DNA of 64,000 bases from Actinophytocola sp. (GTDB taxonomy: Bacteria; Actinomycetota; Actinomycetes; Mycobacteriales; Pseudonocardiaceae): contig NZ_DASYTH010000428.1 in assembly GCF_036002505.1 (NCBI RefSeq), positions 76,002-140,001 of the forward strand. Reading direction: 5' to 3'. Shown in pieces: positions 36,396 to 45,701 of the stretch. Under the pieces are notes generated by a model. That model saw only the letters and a program-made list of their open reading frames with translations, was not told the origin of the DNA and made no database searches. The stretch's first letter is position 1; each line of letters opens with the position of its first letter. The translations under genes were made by a program, and so were the position numbers.

Positions 36396-37025
36396 TTGGT
36401 CGAGGTCAGGAGGTCCGTCGTGCCACCGTCAACGCTGTACCGACTCGCCGGCCGCGCCGGGGTGGTCACCGGGTTGCTGCTGCTGTTCAACACCGCGCGC
36501 CGGGTGAACCTGGTGCCGGAGAACGCGTTCACCCACCAGATCGCGCCGGTCGCGGCATTCCTGGCGCTGTTCGTGATCACCGGGATCTACCTGTTCCAGC
36601 GCGAGTGCAGCGGCCGGCTCGGGCTGTGGGGTTACGGCCTCAACTTCGCCGGCCTGGCTGGGGCGCTCGCCATCGAGTACACCCTGCACTACGTGTTTCC
36701 GTTGCTGGACAAGGAAACCGTGAACCGGTTGGTGGATGGCCGGACCGGCATGGGGTTCCTGATCATCTCAGTGGTGTACCTGGCCGGCGTCGTCCTGTTC
36801 GGACTCGCGACCTGGCGCGCCGCGCTGTTCCCGAGGCCGGCGGTGGCGCTCTACGTGGTCGGCTTCGTGCTCACGGCGCTGCGTCCGGTGCTGCCGGCGG
36901 CGGTGGTGTCCGGCGGGTTCGTGCTCGGGTCGGTCGCGGTCATCTGGCTTTCCCTCGTGCTCGCCGTGGCCAGGACCGCGGACAGCGCGGTCACGCCGGC
37001 GAGGATCCAGAACACGGCCGGGTAG
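36396..37025 (+). CDS. Hypothetical membrane protein
   Basis: 5-6 TM segments; the last 175 nt overlap the convergent MFS gene. Confidence 0.5.
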   Translation: MVEVRRSVVPPSTLYRLAGRAGVVTGLLLLFNTARRVNLVPENAFTHQIAPVAAFLALFVITGIYLFQRECSGRLGLWGYGLNFAGLAGALAIEYTLHYVFPLLDKETVNRLVDGRTGMGFLIISVVYLAGVVLFGLATWRAALFPRPAVALYVVGFVLTALRPVLPAAVVSGGFVLGSVAVIWLSLVLAVARTADSAVTPARIQNTAG

Positions 37026-38125
37026 CCGCCGGTGAGCCCGGCCAGCGCCGTGCACGCCCACGGCGCGAGGGCGTTGACCACCAGCATCGGCGCGGACAGC
37101 AGGCCCATCAGCCGGCCGTAGTGCGCCGGGCCCCAGCGGTCGGTCACCGCGGTGGCCTGCAGCAGGGTGAACACCCCGCGGGCCGCGCCGACCAGGATCG
37201 CGGCGGCGATCAGCAGCGCGGCCGGCCCGGGCAGCACGCCCAGCACGGCGATGGTGACCGCGCCGGCGCCGAGCACGATCGCGGTCCGGCCGCGCACGCT
37301 GGTCGCCGCGGACAGCCGCCCGTAGCCGATCCGGCCGCACAGCTGCCCGACCCCGCCGAGCCCGAGCGCCAGCGCCGCGGTGCCGGTGGGCAGGCCGCGC
37401 TCGAGCAGCAGCGGCACCTGGATGATCACCACGCCGTAGACCGCGAACGCGGCCAGCGACAGCGCCGCGGCCAGCATCACGAACGGCCGGCTGCGCGCCA
37501 CCCGCCCCGGTGAATGCTCCGCCTGCTGCGCCTCCGGCCGCGGCCACGGCCCGCGCAGCCCGATCGCGTGCAGCGGGATCGTGATCACCGCCAGCACGGC
37601 GGCCAGCACCAGGTACGTCCCGCGCCAGTCGAAGCGGTTCGACAGAGCGGCGGTCAGGGGTGCGAACACCGTGCTGGCCAGCCCCGCGACCAGGGTCACC
37701 GCGGTCAGGGCGGTCACCCGGCGCGGCCCCCACCAGCGGGTCAGCGCCGCGAACGCAGGTGCGTACAGCACCCCCGACATGGCCAGCCCCGCCACGAACC
37801 AGGCCACGAAGAACCAGGGCAGCGAACGCGCGGTCGCGATCAGGACCACCGCCGGCGCGGCCAGCACCGCGCCCACCGTCATCACCGGCCGCGGCCCGAT
37901 CCGGTCCAGCAGTCGCCCCACCCCGATCCCGGCCAGCGCGCTGACGATCAGACCGAGCGAGAACGCCGCGGTGATCGTGCTCGGCGACCACCCGGTGGCC
38001 GCCGAGATGCCGGGCGCGAGCACCGGGAAGGCGTAGAACAGCACGCCCCAGCTGGTGATCTCGGTGACGCACAGGACGACCAGCACCCGACGCAGCCCCG
38101 ATGGCGGCAGCGTCGTCGCGGTCAT
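36851..38125 (-). CDS. MFS transporter
   Basis: 12 TM pattern, GRLLDRIGPR motif. Confidence 0.85.
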   Translation of the reverse strand: MTATTLPPSGLRRVLVVLCVTEITSWGVLFYAFPVLAPGISAATGWSPSTITAAFSLGLIVSALAGIGVGRLLDRIGPRPVMTVGAVLAAPAVVLIATARSLPWFFVAWFVAGLAMSGVLYAPAFAALTRWWGPRRVTALTAVTLVAGLASTVFAPLTAALSNRFDWRGTYLVLAAVLAVITIPLHAIGLRGPWPRPEAQQAEHSPGRVARSRPFVMLAAALSLAAFAVYGVVIIQVPLLLERGLPTGTAALALGLGGVGQLCGRIGYGRLSAATSVRGRTAIVLGAGAVTIAVLGVLPGPAALLIAAAILVGAARGVFTLLQATAVTDRWGPAHYGRLMGLLSAPMLVVNALAPWACTALAGLTGGYPAVFWILAGVTALSAVLATASTRESQMTATDPSTNPPDTTAAGSTGRSAVSTKPTT

Positions 38126-38356
38126 CCCCGCAGCATGTCAGCGCCGGGCCCGCCGGTCCCACGAGTCGTGACCACCGGCACAAAAGGGGTTCCGTGCTCA
38201 ACCGGCCTGGGGGTCACCGGGAGCACGGAACCGCCTTCAAGCTTACACCCGGCCCGCAACGTCCGGCGAGGGGACCCGGTGAACCCCTATCACCTGCCCG
38301 TGTGACCCCTGATCGGAAGATCAGTCTATACTGTCTAGATACGATACCTTGCGGAG

Positions 38357-38689
38357 GTGCTGGTGATTCAGAACGCGCATTGGCAGGTACAAGAAGCCAA
38401 GCAACGCTTCAGCGAGCTCCTCCGCGCCGTCGAGCGGGAGGGCCCCCAGTTCATCACCCGACACGGCGAGGTGATCGCGGTCATCGTCCCCATCGAGGAG
38501 TACCGCAGGCTGACCCAGCCGAAGAAGACCTTGGCGGATGTGCTCCTTGGCCCGCCCTACTTCGACGACACAGTGATCGAAGTCATGGAGGAGGTCGAGG
38601 CTGAGCGCAAGGCGAGCTTCGCTCCCTTGCGAGACTTCGAGATCGAACTGGGGCTGACCGACGACGATGGCGAGGACGGACTCCGTTGA
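38357..38689 (+). CDS. Phd/YefM-family antitoxin
   Basis: WQVQEAKQRFSELLRAVEREGPQFITRHGEVIAVIVPIEEYRRL. Confidence 0.8.
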   Translation: MLVIQNAHWQVQEAKQRFSELLRAVEREGPQFITRHGEVIAVIVPIEEYRRLTQPKKTLADVLLGPPYFDDTVIEVMEEVEAERKASFAPLRDFEIELGLTDDDGEDGLR

Positions 38690-39096
38690 CCTTCCTGCTC
38701 GATACAAATGTGCTTTCTGAGACCAGGAAATCCCGTCGCGACGCAGGCGTCACGAGATGGATAGCCAGTACGCCGCCGGAGCGAGTGCACCTGTCGGCCA
38801 TCACGGTCGGCGAGATCGTCCGCGGTATCAGCAAGTTGCGTGATCGGCGGGACCACCGCCAGGTCGAGTTGTTCGAGACCTGGCTCAGTGACGTCATTGA
38901 CGCGTTTGGCGGGCGCATCGTCCCGGTCACGGTCGATGTCGCCACGGAGTGGGGAGCGCTGACCGGTCGCACGGTTTCCGTTCCGGACGCGCTGATCGCG
39001 GCGACCGCCAAGGTGCACGGCTGGACCGTGATCACCCGCAATGTCAGGGACTTCGAACCTACCGGAGTGGCCTGTCTCAACCCGTTCACGGCGTGA
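38686..39096 (+). CDS. vapC: PIN-domain toxin (VapC/FitB-like)
   Basis: FLLDTNVLSE.., ..DALIAATAKVHGWTVITRNVRDF; TTG start overlaps the antitoxin stop. Confidence 0.85.
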   Translation: MTFLLDTNVLSETRKSRRDAGVTRWIASTPPERVHLSAITVGEIVRGISKLRDRRDHRQVELFETWLSDVIDAFGGRIVPVTVDVATEWGALTGRTVSVPDALIAATAKVHGWTVITRNVRDFEPTGVACLNPFTA

Positions 39097-39112
39097 GGTT
39101 TAGCCTCCTGAC

Positions 39113-39553
39113 ATGAGGATCTCTGTGGCCGCGGATGAGCGGACCGGGGTGGCTGAGGCGATTGTGGACGAGTTGCGGCGGCGGGGGCATGAGCCGGTGG
39201 TGCATGGGGCGTTGAGCGAGGACGAGCGGGACGACTGGGCGTGGGCGAGTGAGGCGGCCGCGCGGGATGTCGCGGCGGGGCGGGCGGAGCAGGGCGTGGT
39301 GGCGTGCTGGACCGGGACGGGGGCGTCGATCGCGGCGAACAAGGTGGGTGGGATCCGGGCGGCGCTGTGTGGTGACGCGGAGACCGCCCGGGGTGCGCGG
39401 CGGTGGAACGACGCCAACGTGCTGGCGTTGTCGTTGCGTACCACCAGCCAGGCCGTGCTGACCGAGATCCTGGACGCGTGGTTCGCCGGCGAGCCCAGCG
39501 CCGAGGATGTCGACGTCGCCAACACTCGGCACGTCGACGAGATCCAAGCGTGA
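39113..39553 (+). CDS. rpiB: Ribose-5-phosphate isomerase B (RpiB/LacAB family)
   Basis: MRISVAADERTG.., GVVACWTGTGASIAANKVGGIRAAL. Confidence 0.8.
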   Translation: MRISVAADERTGVAEAIVDELRRRGHEPVVHGALSEDERDDWAWASEAAARDVAAGRAEQGVVACWTGTGASIAANKVGGIRAALCGDAETARGARRWNDANVLALSLRTTSQAVLTEILDAWFAGEPSAEDVDVANTRHVDEIQA

Positions 39554-39644
39554 GCGAGCTTGCGAGCGAACCATTGAACACTGCTCTGTCGCCGAGCGTG
39601 CGAGGCGACAGAGCAGCCATCACCGAGCTTGCGAGGTGGATGGC
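39550..39644 (+). repeat. 95-nt intercistronic element, copy 2 (rpiB|membrane protein)
   Basis: GTGAGCGAGCTTGCGAGCGAACCATTGAAC...; perfect 13-bp stem CTGCTCTGTCGCC/GGCGACAGAGCAG; followed by GTGA. Confidence 0.9.
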
Positions 39645-40007
39645 GTGATCGGCGGGTTGGCCACCGCGCTGATCATCGCGGCGCTGGGGTGCGCGGCGTG
39701 GGCGCTGGGGATGGTGGTGCTGAACCGGCACATCAACCCGGTCACGTTGGGACTGCTGGCGTTGCTCGAGGTCGCCCTCGTGGTCCAGGCGGTGATCGGG
39801 ATCGTGAACCTCGCGGTCACGGACCGGCAGGTCGCCGGGGGCACGTTCGTGGGGTACCTGATCGCTTCGCTGATCGTCCTGCCGGGTGCCGTGTACTGGG
39901 CGTTGGGCGAGCGGAGTCGTTGGGGCACAGCGGCGTTGGTGGTCGGGTGCCTGGTGGTGCCGGTGATGATCGTGCGGATGAACCAGATCTGGGGGCACGG
40001 TGGCTAG
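39645..40007 (+). CDS. Small membrane protein
   Basis: 4 TM segments; GTG directly after the element. Confidence 0.6.
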   Translation: MIGGLATALIIAALGCAAWALGMVVLNRHINPVTLGLLALLEVALVVQAVIGIVNLAVTDRQVAGGTFVGYLIASLIVLPGAVYWALGERSRWGTAALVVGCLVVPVMIVRMNQIWGHGG

Positions 40008-40389
40008 CACCGGGCCGGGGCGCGTGCTGGTCGCGGTGTACGCGATCTTCGCGCTGGCCGCCACGGCGCGGTCGGGGGTGCAGATCGCGACGAAGTTCTC
40101 GCAGGCGCCGGTGGCCTACCTGCTGTCGGCGCTGGCCGCGGTGGTGTACATCGTGGCGACCGTGGCCTTCGCGCGCGGTGGCCGGATGTCGATCCGGGTG
40201 GCGGCGGTGTCCTGCACGGTCGAGTTGGCCGGGGTGCTGGCCGTCGGCACGTTGAGCGTGCTGGACCGGGGCGCGTTCCCGGACGCCACGGTGTGGTCGG
40301 TGTACGGCCAGGGCTACGGCTTCGTGCCGCTGGTGCTGCCGGTGCTGGGCCTGCTGTGGGTTCGCCGCGTGGCCCGGCACGGGGGTTGA
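40000..40389 (+). CDS. Small membrane protein
   Basis: 4 TM segments; 8-nt overlap with the previous gene. Confidence 0.55.
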   Translation: MASTGPGRVLVAVYAIFALAATARSGVQIATKFSQAPVAYLLSALAAVVYIVATVAFARGGRMSIRVAAVSCTVELAGVLAVGTLSVLDRGAFPDATVWSVYGQGYGFVPLVLPVLGLLWVRRVARHGG

Positions 40390-40392
40390 GCG

Positions 40393-40854
40393 GTGGCGAC
40401 GGTGAGCGTGTCGGCGGACGTGCCGGCCTCGGCGGAGCGGACCTGGGCGACGGCGGCGGATCTGGCGCGGTTCGGGGAGTGGCTGACCCTGCACGAGGGG
40501 TGGCGCGGCGAGCTCCCCGCGGAGATCGCCGAGGGGACGAGGCTGACCTCGGTGGTCAACGTCAAGGGCCTGCGCAACCGGATCGACTGGCACGTCGACG
40601 CCTACGACCCGCCGCGCTCGCTGGCCATCTCCGGCGACGGTGTCGGCGGGGTGCGGGTTTCCCTTGTGCTGTCGGTGGTTCCGGACGGCGACCACACCAC
40701 GGTGCGGGTCGACGCGGAGATCACCGGGAAGCCGACGACCGGTCCGGTAGGGATGATCATCGGCCGGGCACTGCGCGGTGACATGCGCAAATCCGTGGCC
40801 GCGCTCTCCGACCTGGTGGAGCGAAGGCCACCTTCAGGACGTTCAACGCCCTGA
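40393..40854 (+). CDS. SRPBCC (polyketide cyclase/START-like) protein
   Basis: SADVPASAERTWATAADLARFGEWL.. typical SRPBCC N-terminus. Confidence 0.7.
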   Translation: MATVSVSADVPASAERTWATAADLARFGEWLTLHEGWRGELPAEIAEGTRLTSVVNVKGLRNRIDWHVDAYDPPRSLAISGDGVGGVRVSLVLSVVPDGDHTTVRVDAEITGKPTTGPVGMIIGRALRGDMRKSVAALSDLVERRPPSGRSTP

Positions 40855-40869
40855 AGGACGCCTTCAGGG
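40831..40869. terminator. Double hairpin holding both convergent stop codons
   Basis: ccttcagg..ccctgaagg-acg-ccttcaggg; TGA 40852-54 (+ gene) and TCA 40864-66 (- gene) sit in paired arms. Confidence 0.5.
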
Positions 40870-41685
40870 CAAGATCACCCGCGGGATCCGGGGTGGTTTG
40901 GCGCGGGCCTGCCATTCGCGGGGGTAGCCGAGGGAGACCTCCTCGAATCGCACTCCGTCGTACTCGGTGGTGCGCGGGATGTGCAGGTGGCCGTAGACCG
41001 CGGCGGCCGTGTTGAACTTGGTGTGCCAGTCGGCGGTCAGCTCGGTTCCGCACCAGAGCGCGAAGTCGGGGTAGCGGAGGATGCGGGTCGGCTCGCGCAC
41101 CAGTGGCCAGTGGTTGATCAGCACGAGCGGGATGTCCGGGTCGTGCTCGGTGAGGCGGCGCTCGGTGGCCGCCACCCGCGCGGCGCACCAGTCGTCCCGG
41201 GTGGGGTACGGGTCGGGGTGCAGGTAGTACTCGTCGGTGCACACCACGCCGGCCCGGACCGCCTTGGCCAGCGCCGCCTCCTTGGTGTGCACGCCGTCGA
41301 CCCGGAAGGTGTAGTCGTAGAGCAGGAACAGCGGCGCGACGGTGACCGGGCCGGCGGGTCCCTCCCACACCGGGTACGGATCCTCGGGGGTGAGCACACC
41401 GAGGCGGCGGCAGAGCTCGACCAGGTGGGTGTAGCGCACCTCGCCGCGGGCCTGGACCGGGTCGTCCTTGGTGGTCCACAGCTCGTGGTTGCCCGGCGCC
41501 CAGATCACCGTGCCGAACCGTTCGCGCAGCGTGGACAGCGTCCACTCGATCTCGACGGTGCGCTCGGCCACGTCGCCGGCCACGATCAGCCAGTCGTCCG
41601 CCGACACCGGCCGCAGGCCCGCTACGATCTCGCGGTTTTCCGGGTAGCCGACGTGCAGGTCGCTGGTCGCCAGCAGGTGGGTCAC
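40864..41685 (-). CDS. Metallophosphoesterase
   Basis: SDLHVG, AGDV, GNHE, GHLH motifs; GTG 41685. Confidence 0.8.
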   Translation of the reverse strand: MTHLLATSDLHVGYPENREIVAGLRPVSADDWLIVAGDVAERTVEIEWTLSTLRERFGTVIWAPGNHELWTTKDDPVQARGEVRYTHLVELCRRLGVLTPEDPYPVWEGPAGPVTVAPLFLLYDYTFRVDGVHTKEAALAKAVRAGVVCTDEYYLHPDPYPTRDDWCAARVAATERRLTEHDPDIPLVLINHWPLVREPTRILRYPDFALWCGTELTADWHTKFNTAAAVYGHLHIPRTTEYDGVRFEEVSLGYPREWQARAKPPRIPRVILP

Positions 41686-41813
41686 CCGGCCGACCCTACC
41701 GGTGACCTCTCCGTACGTAATTCCGTGGGAAATCTGCGTACCTCCACGGATGTGTATCTGCCCGGACCGTCGCCACCCTGTACTGGACGAGAGGAAGGTG
41801 GGCATGACCGCAG

Positions 41814-42409
41814 CACTTCTGGTCCGCCCGCGGCAGTCCGAGCTGACCGTCGCGGTGGTCGATGACCATCCGGTGTCCGCCCTGCTGTCCCTGGTGGACG
41901 GCATCACGCTCGTCCCCACACCCGAGGCGGCCGACGTGCTGATCGTCGGCAGCGTCGCCGCCCTGCACCGGGCGCGCCGGTCCGCACCCGACGCCGCGGC
42001 GCTCGTGATCGCCGCGTCGGACGACGGCGACTCGGTGTTCGGCGCGATGCGTGCCGGCGCCCGCGGCTACCTGCTCGAGGACGCCTCCCGCGACGACCTG
42101 CTCCGCGCCATCCGCGGGGTCGCCGCCGGCGAGATGATCCTCGGCCCGGCCATCGCCGCCCGGCTGACCGAGCTGATGATCCGCCAGTCCCAACCGGACC
42201 GGCACCCGTTCCCCGACCTCACCACCCGCGAACGCGAGATCCTCGACCTCATCGCGCAGGGCAAGGACAACGGAACCATTGCCCGCCAGCTGTTCCTGGC
42301 GCCCAAGACGGTCCGCAACAACATCTCCCTGATCTTCAGCAAGCTCGGCGTCGCCGGCCGGTCGGCCGCCATCGTGCGGGCCCGCGAGGCGGGGATCGGC
42401 CTTGACTGA
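41814..42409 (+). CDS. LuxR-family regulator with degenerate receiver-like domain
   Basis: LuxR HTH TTREREILDLIAQGKDNGTIARQLFLAPKTVRNNI; the receiver-like part has VLIVGSV where the acceptor-Asp strand is expected. Confidence 0.7.
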
Positions 42410-42411
42410 CG

Positions 42412-43431
42412 TCAGCTGGCCGGCGGCGCGGCGGTGCTGGCCCGCCGGATGAGCTCGGCCGGGAGATGCTCGATGCGGGGCTCGGACGCCGGCGGGGTGA
42501 GCGCGAGGGTCATCGCGCGCATGCCCATTTCCGGCATGCCGAGGCGGATCGTGGTGAGCGGCGGGAGGACGTCGCGGGCGATGGGCATGTCGTCGAAGCC
42601 GATCACCGAGACGTCGCCGGGGACGGTGAGGGAGCGCTCGCGGAGGGTGGCGAGGGCGCCGATGGCCATGGCGTCGTTGAGCGCGGCGATGGCAGTGAGG
42701 CCGGGGTTGGCGTCGAGGAGCTCGGCGGTGGCGACGGCGGCGCTGTCCCGGTCGAAGTCGGCGTAGACCACCCGGCGCGGCGGCACGCTCCCGCCGAACT
42801 CCTTGGCGGCGCGGCGGATTCCGGTCAGGCGGTCGGTGGTCGTGGTGAGGATCCGGGGGCCGGCAATGACGCCGACGCGCTGGTGGCCGAGGCGGTACAA
42901 CTCGGCGGCGGCGAGGTAGCCGCCCTGCTCGTTGTCCGGCATGACCGCGTCGCCGGCGTGCTTGTGCCGGCCGATCACCGCGACCCGGCCGCCGCTGCGC
43001 TCGTAGGCCTTGAGCTTCGCGTTGAGCAGCCGGGTGAACCGGAGGTCGTGGTAGCCGGAGCCGGTGAGGACGATGGCGGCCACCTGCTGGGCCCGCAGCA
43101 GGTCCACATAGGCCAGCTCGCGGTCCGGGTCGCGGTAGCTGTTGCAGATGATGCACAGCCGGCCGTGCTCGGTGGCCACGCGCTGCAGCCCGCGGGTGAT
43201 CTCGGCGAAGTACGGGTCGGACACGTCGTGCACGATCACGCCGACGGCGATCCGGTCCGCCCGGGCCAGCCCCTGGGCGTGCGCGTTCGGCACGTAGTGC
43301 AGCTCGTCGACGGCCCGCAGCACGCGGTCGCGCAGCTCGTCGGTGACCGGCTTGGCGCTGCCGTTGATCACCCTGGACGCGGTCGCCGCGGACACGCCGG
43401 CCCGCTTGGCCACGTCGGCCAGCGTCGCCAT
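42412..43431 (-). CDS. LacI-family transcriptional regulator
   Basis: MATLADVAKRAGVSAATASRVINGS HTH plus periplasmic-binding fold. Confidence 0.9.
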   Translation of the reverse strand: MATLADVAKRAGVSAATASRVINGSAKPVTDELRDRVLRAVDELHYVPNAHAQGLARADRIAVGVIVHDVSDPYFAEITRGLQRVATEHGRLCIICNSYRDPDRELAYVDLLRAQQVAAIVLTGSGYHDLRFTRLLNAKLKAYERSGGRVAVIGRHKHAGDAVMPDNEQGGYLAAAELYRLGHQRVGVIAGPRILTTTTDRLTGIRRAAKEFGGSVPPRRVVYADFDRDSAAVATAELLDANPGLTAIAALNDAMAIGALATLRERSLTVPGDVSVIGFDDMPIARDVLPPLTTIRLGMPEMGMRAMTLALTPPASEPRIEHLPAELIRRASTAAPPAS

Positions 43432-43523
43432 GGCCTTCCTCCCATGTGGTTGACCACGCCAGGTGGTCACGGTTAGCGTCAGGGTAGTCGAAGAAAGCCC
43501 TTTCCTGACGTTCGAACCGCCGG

Positions 43524-44240
43524 GTGGTGGATATGACCGAACCCGCGATCCTACCGGGCGGAGTCGGGATCTCCCGGTTGTGCGTCTACGACACGCTCGG
43601 CCTGGACGGCTCGCCGGGTGGCTCGCCGCACGTGCACCTGGCCTGCGCCGAGGCCTACGTGGTCGTCGCCGGCCGCGGGGCCGTGCAGACGCTGTCGTCG
43701 AAGGGTTTCGCCGAGCACCAGCTCACCGCCGGAACGGTGCTGTGGTTCACCCCGGGCACCGTGCACCGCCTGATCAACCGCGGCGGCCTGGAGATCGTCG
43801 TGGTCATGGCCAACAGCGGCCTACCCGAGGCCGGCGACGCGGTGTTCACGTTCCCGCCGGAGGTGCTCAACGACCCGGAGGCCTACGCCGCCGCGGCCGT
43901 CCTGCCCGAAGGTGGCGCGCCCGGCACCGATCCCGTCGCCGCCTACCGCCGGCGCGACCTGGCCCTGCGAGGTTTTGAAGCGCTTCGACAGGGCGGTGCC
44001 GCGGCCCTGGCCGAGTTCCACGCCGCCGCGGTCAAGCTCAAGCAGCCGCAACTGGACGCCTGGCGGAGCCGGTGGCGGGACGGCGCGCTGCGGGCCGCCG
44101 AGGAAACCGGCGCGCACCTCGAAGCGCTTCGACAGGGCGATGCCACGCACCTCGCCGCCGCGGCCGTCCGTCACCTCGAGCAACCGACCGAGACCGGCCG
44201 GCTCGGCATGTGCGGTTTCCTGGACACCTACCAGACCTGA
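43524..44240 (+). CDS. Cupin-domain protein
   Basis: GGSPHVHLACAEAYVVVAGRG...GTVHRLIN cupin motifs. Confidence 0.65.
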   Translation: MVDMTEPAILPGGVGISRLCVYDTLGLDGSPGGSPHVHLACAEAYVVVAGRGAVQTLSSKGFAEHQLTAGTVLWFTPGTVHRLINRGGLEIVVVMANSGLPEAGDAVFTFPPEVLNDPEAYAAAAVLPEGGAPGTDPVAAYRRRDLALRGFEALRQGGAAALAEFHAAAVKLKQPQLDAWRSRWRDGALRAAEETGAHLEALRQGDATHLAAAAVRHLEQPTETGRLGMCGFLDTYQT

Positions 44241-44314
44241 GCTGTTCACCCGATCGCAGTGTCGGAGGAGAACGGTAGGCGCGCAAACATCCGGTTCAGC
44301 CAGAGGAGCGCTCC

Positions 44315-45694
44315 TTGAGCACCGAGAACGTTTCGCGTAGATCGTTTATCCGCACGTCCGCCGCGACCGGCCTGGGCATCGCGCTCGTCGGCAGCGTCGA
44401 CACCATCTTCGGCGCCACCGACGCAGCCGCGGAACCGGACGGCCGGTCGCGCCCGGCCGGCTACGGCCCGCTGGTGCCGGACCCGGCCGGCCTGCTGGCC
44501 CTGCCCGCCGGTTTCAGCTACACGCTGATCGCCCAGGAGGGCGTCACCACCCTGGAGAGCGGCGAGCCCACCCCGTCCGACCCGGACGGCACCGCGTCCT
44601 TCGCCGCCCGGCACGGCGGTTCGGTGCTGGTGAACAACCACGAGATCGGCGGCAGCGAGCCGTTCCGGGTCCCCCTGCGGCCCGGGCTGGTCTACGACGA
44701 GACGGCCGGCGGCGGCACCACCAACATCGAGGTCGACAAGCACGGCAACCGGCTCCGCGAGTACGTGAGCCTGGCCGGCACGCACAACAACTGCGCGGGC
44801 GGGCGCACCCCGTGGGGCACCTGGCTCACCTGCGAGGAGACCGAGGCGATCCTGGCCAAGCGGCACGGGTACGTGTTCGAAGTGGACCCGTTCGACCAGG
44901 ACGCCAACCTGAACCCGAAGCCCATCAAGGCACTCGGCCGGTACGCGCACGAGGCGGTCGCCGTCGACCCGCACCGCGGGCAGATCTACCTGACCGAGGA
45001 TGCCAGCGGCCCCAACGGTTTGCTCTACCGCTTCACCCCGCCGCACTCGGCGCTGCCGCTGCGCAAGGGGTCGCTGAGGAAGCTGGCCGACGACGCCGGC
45101 ACGCTCGAGGCGCTGGTCGCCACGAGCGGCGGCGCGATCGTGCCCGACCTGTCGGTGGCCGTCGAACCGGGTACCCGGTACCGGGCGAACTGGGTCGCGG
45201 TGCCCGACCGGGACGCCGCCACCACACCGGTGCGCAAGCAGTTCGCCGACGGCACGATCACCCGCAGCCGCAAGCTCGAGGGCATGTGGTGGGCCGACAA
45301 CGGCGCGTACTTCGTCGCGTCCTTCGCCCGCACCACGGACGGCAGCGCGGTGCAGCACGACGGTCAAGTCTGGTTCCTCGACCCGCACCGTTCGACCATC
45401 GAGTTGAAGCTGCGGTTCGCCTACACGCCGGCCGACCAGAACACCGACGCCGACGGCCCGGACAACATCACCGTGTCCCCGTTCGGCGGCGTGATCCTGG
45501 CCGAGGACGGCGACGGGGTGAACCACCTGGTCGGCTCCAACGACCGCGGTGAGACGTTCTTCTTCGCTCGCAACGACATGAACGAATCGGAGTTCACCGG
45601 GCCCAACTTCTCGCACGACAAGAAGATCATGTTCGCCTGCATCCAGACCCCGGGCCACGTGTTCGCGATCCGGGGCCCGTTCCGGCACTGCTGA
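44315..45694 (+). CDS. phoX: PhoX-type alkaline phosphatase (DUF839), Tat-exported
   Basis: Tat motif SRRSFIRTSAATG; NNCAGGRTPWGTWLTCEE, GRYAHEAVAVDP, GPDNITVSP motifs. Confidence 0.85.
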   Translation: MSTENVSRRSFIRTSAATGLGIALVGSVDTIFGATDAAAEPDGRSRPAGYGPLVPDPAGLLALPAGFSYTLIAQEGVTTLESGEPTPSDPDGTASFAARHGGSVLVNNHEIGGSEPFRVPLRPGLVYDETAGGGTTNIEVDKHGNRLREYVSLAGTHNNCAGGRTPWGTWLTCEETEAILAKRHGYVFEVDPFDQDANLNPKPIKALGRYAHEAVAVDPHRGQIYLTEDASGPNGLLYRFTPPHSALPLRKGSLRKLADDAGTLEALVATSGGAIVPDLSVAVEPGTRYRANWVAVPDRDAATTPVRKQFADGTITRSRKLEGMWWADNGAYFVASFARTTDGSAVQHDGQVWFLDPHRSTIELKLRFAYTPADQNTDADGPDNITVSPFGGVILAEDGDGVNHLVGSNDRGETFFFARNDMNESEFTGPNFSHDKKIMFACIQTPGHVFAIRGPFRHC

Positions 45695-45701
45695 CTCAGG
45701 C

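Noticed and set aside
38320-38345. dre-like TGTCTAGAT near the Phd/VapC promoter
   Set aside because: Only the TCTAGA centre matches and the flanks do not fit TGGTCTAGACCA. It is more likely the TA promoter or operator, or chance.
44244-44250. PHO box (GTTCACC) upstream of phoX
   Set aside because: Only a single direct-repeat unit is seen. PhoP sites need at least two adjacent 11-nt units, and the second is not recognisable.
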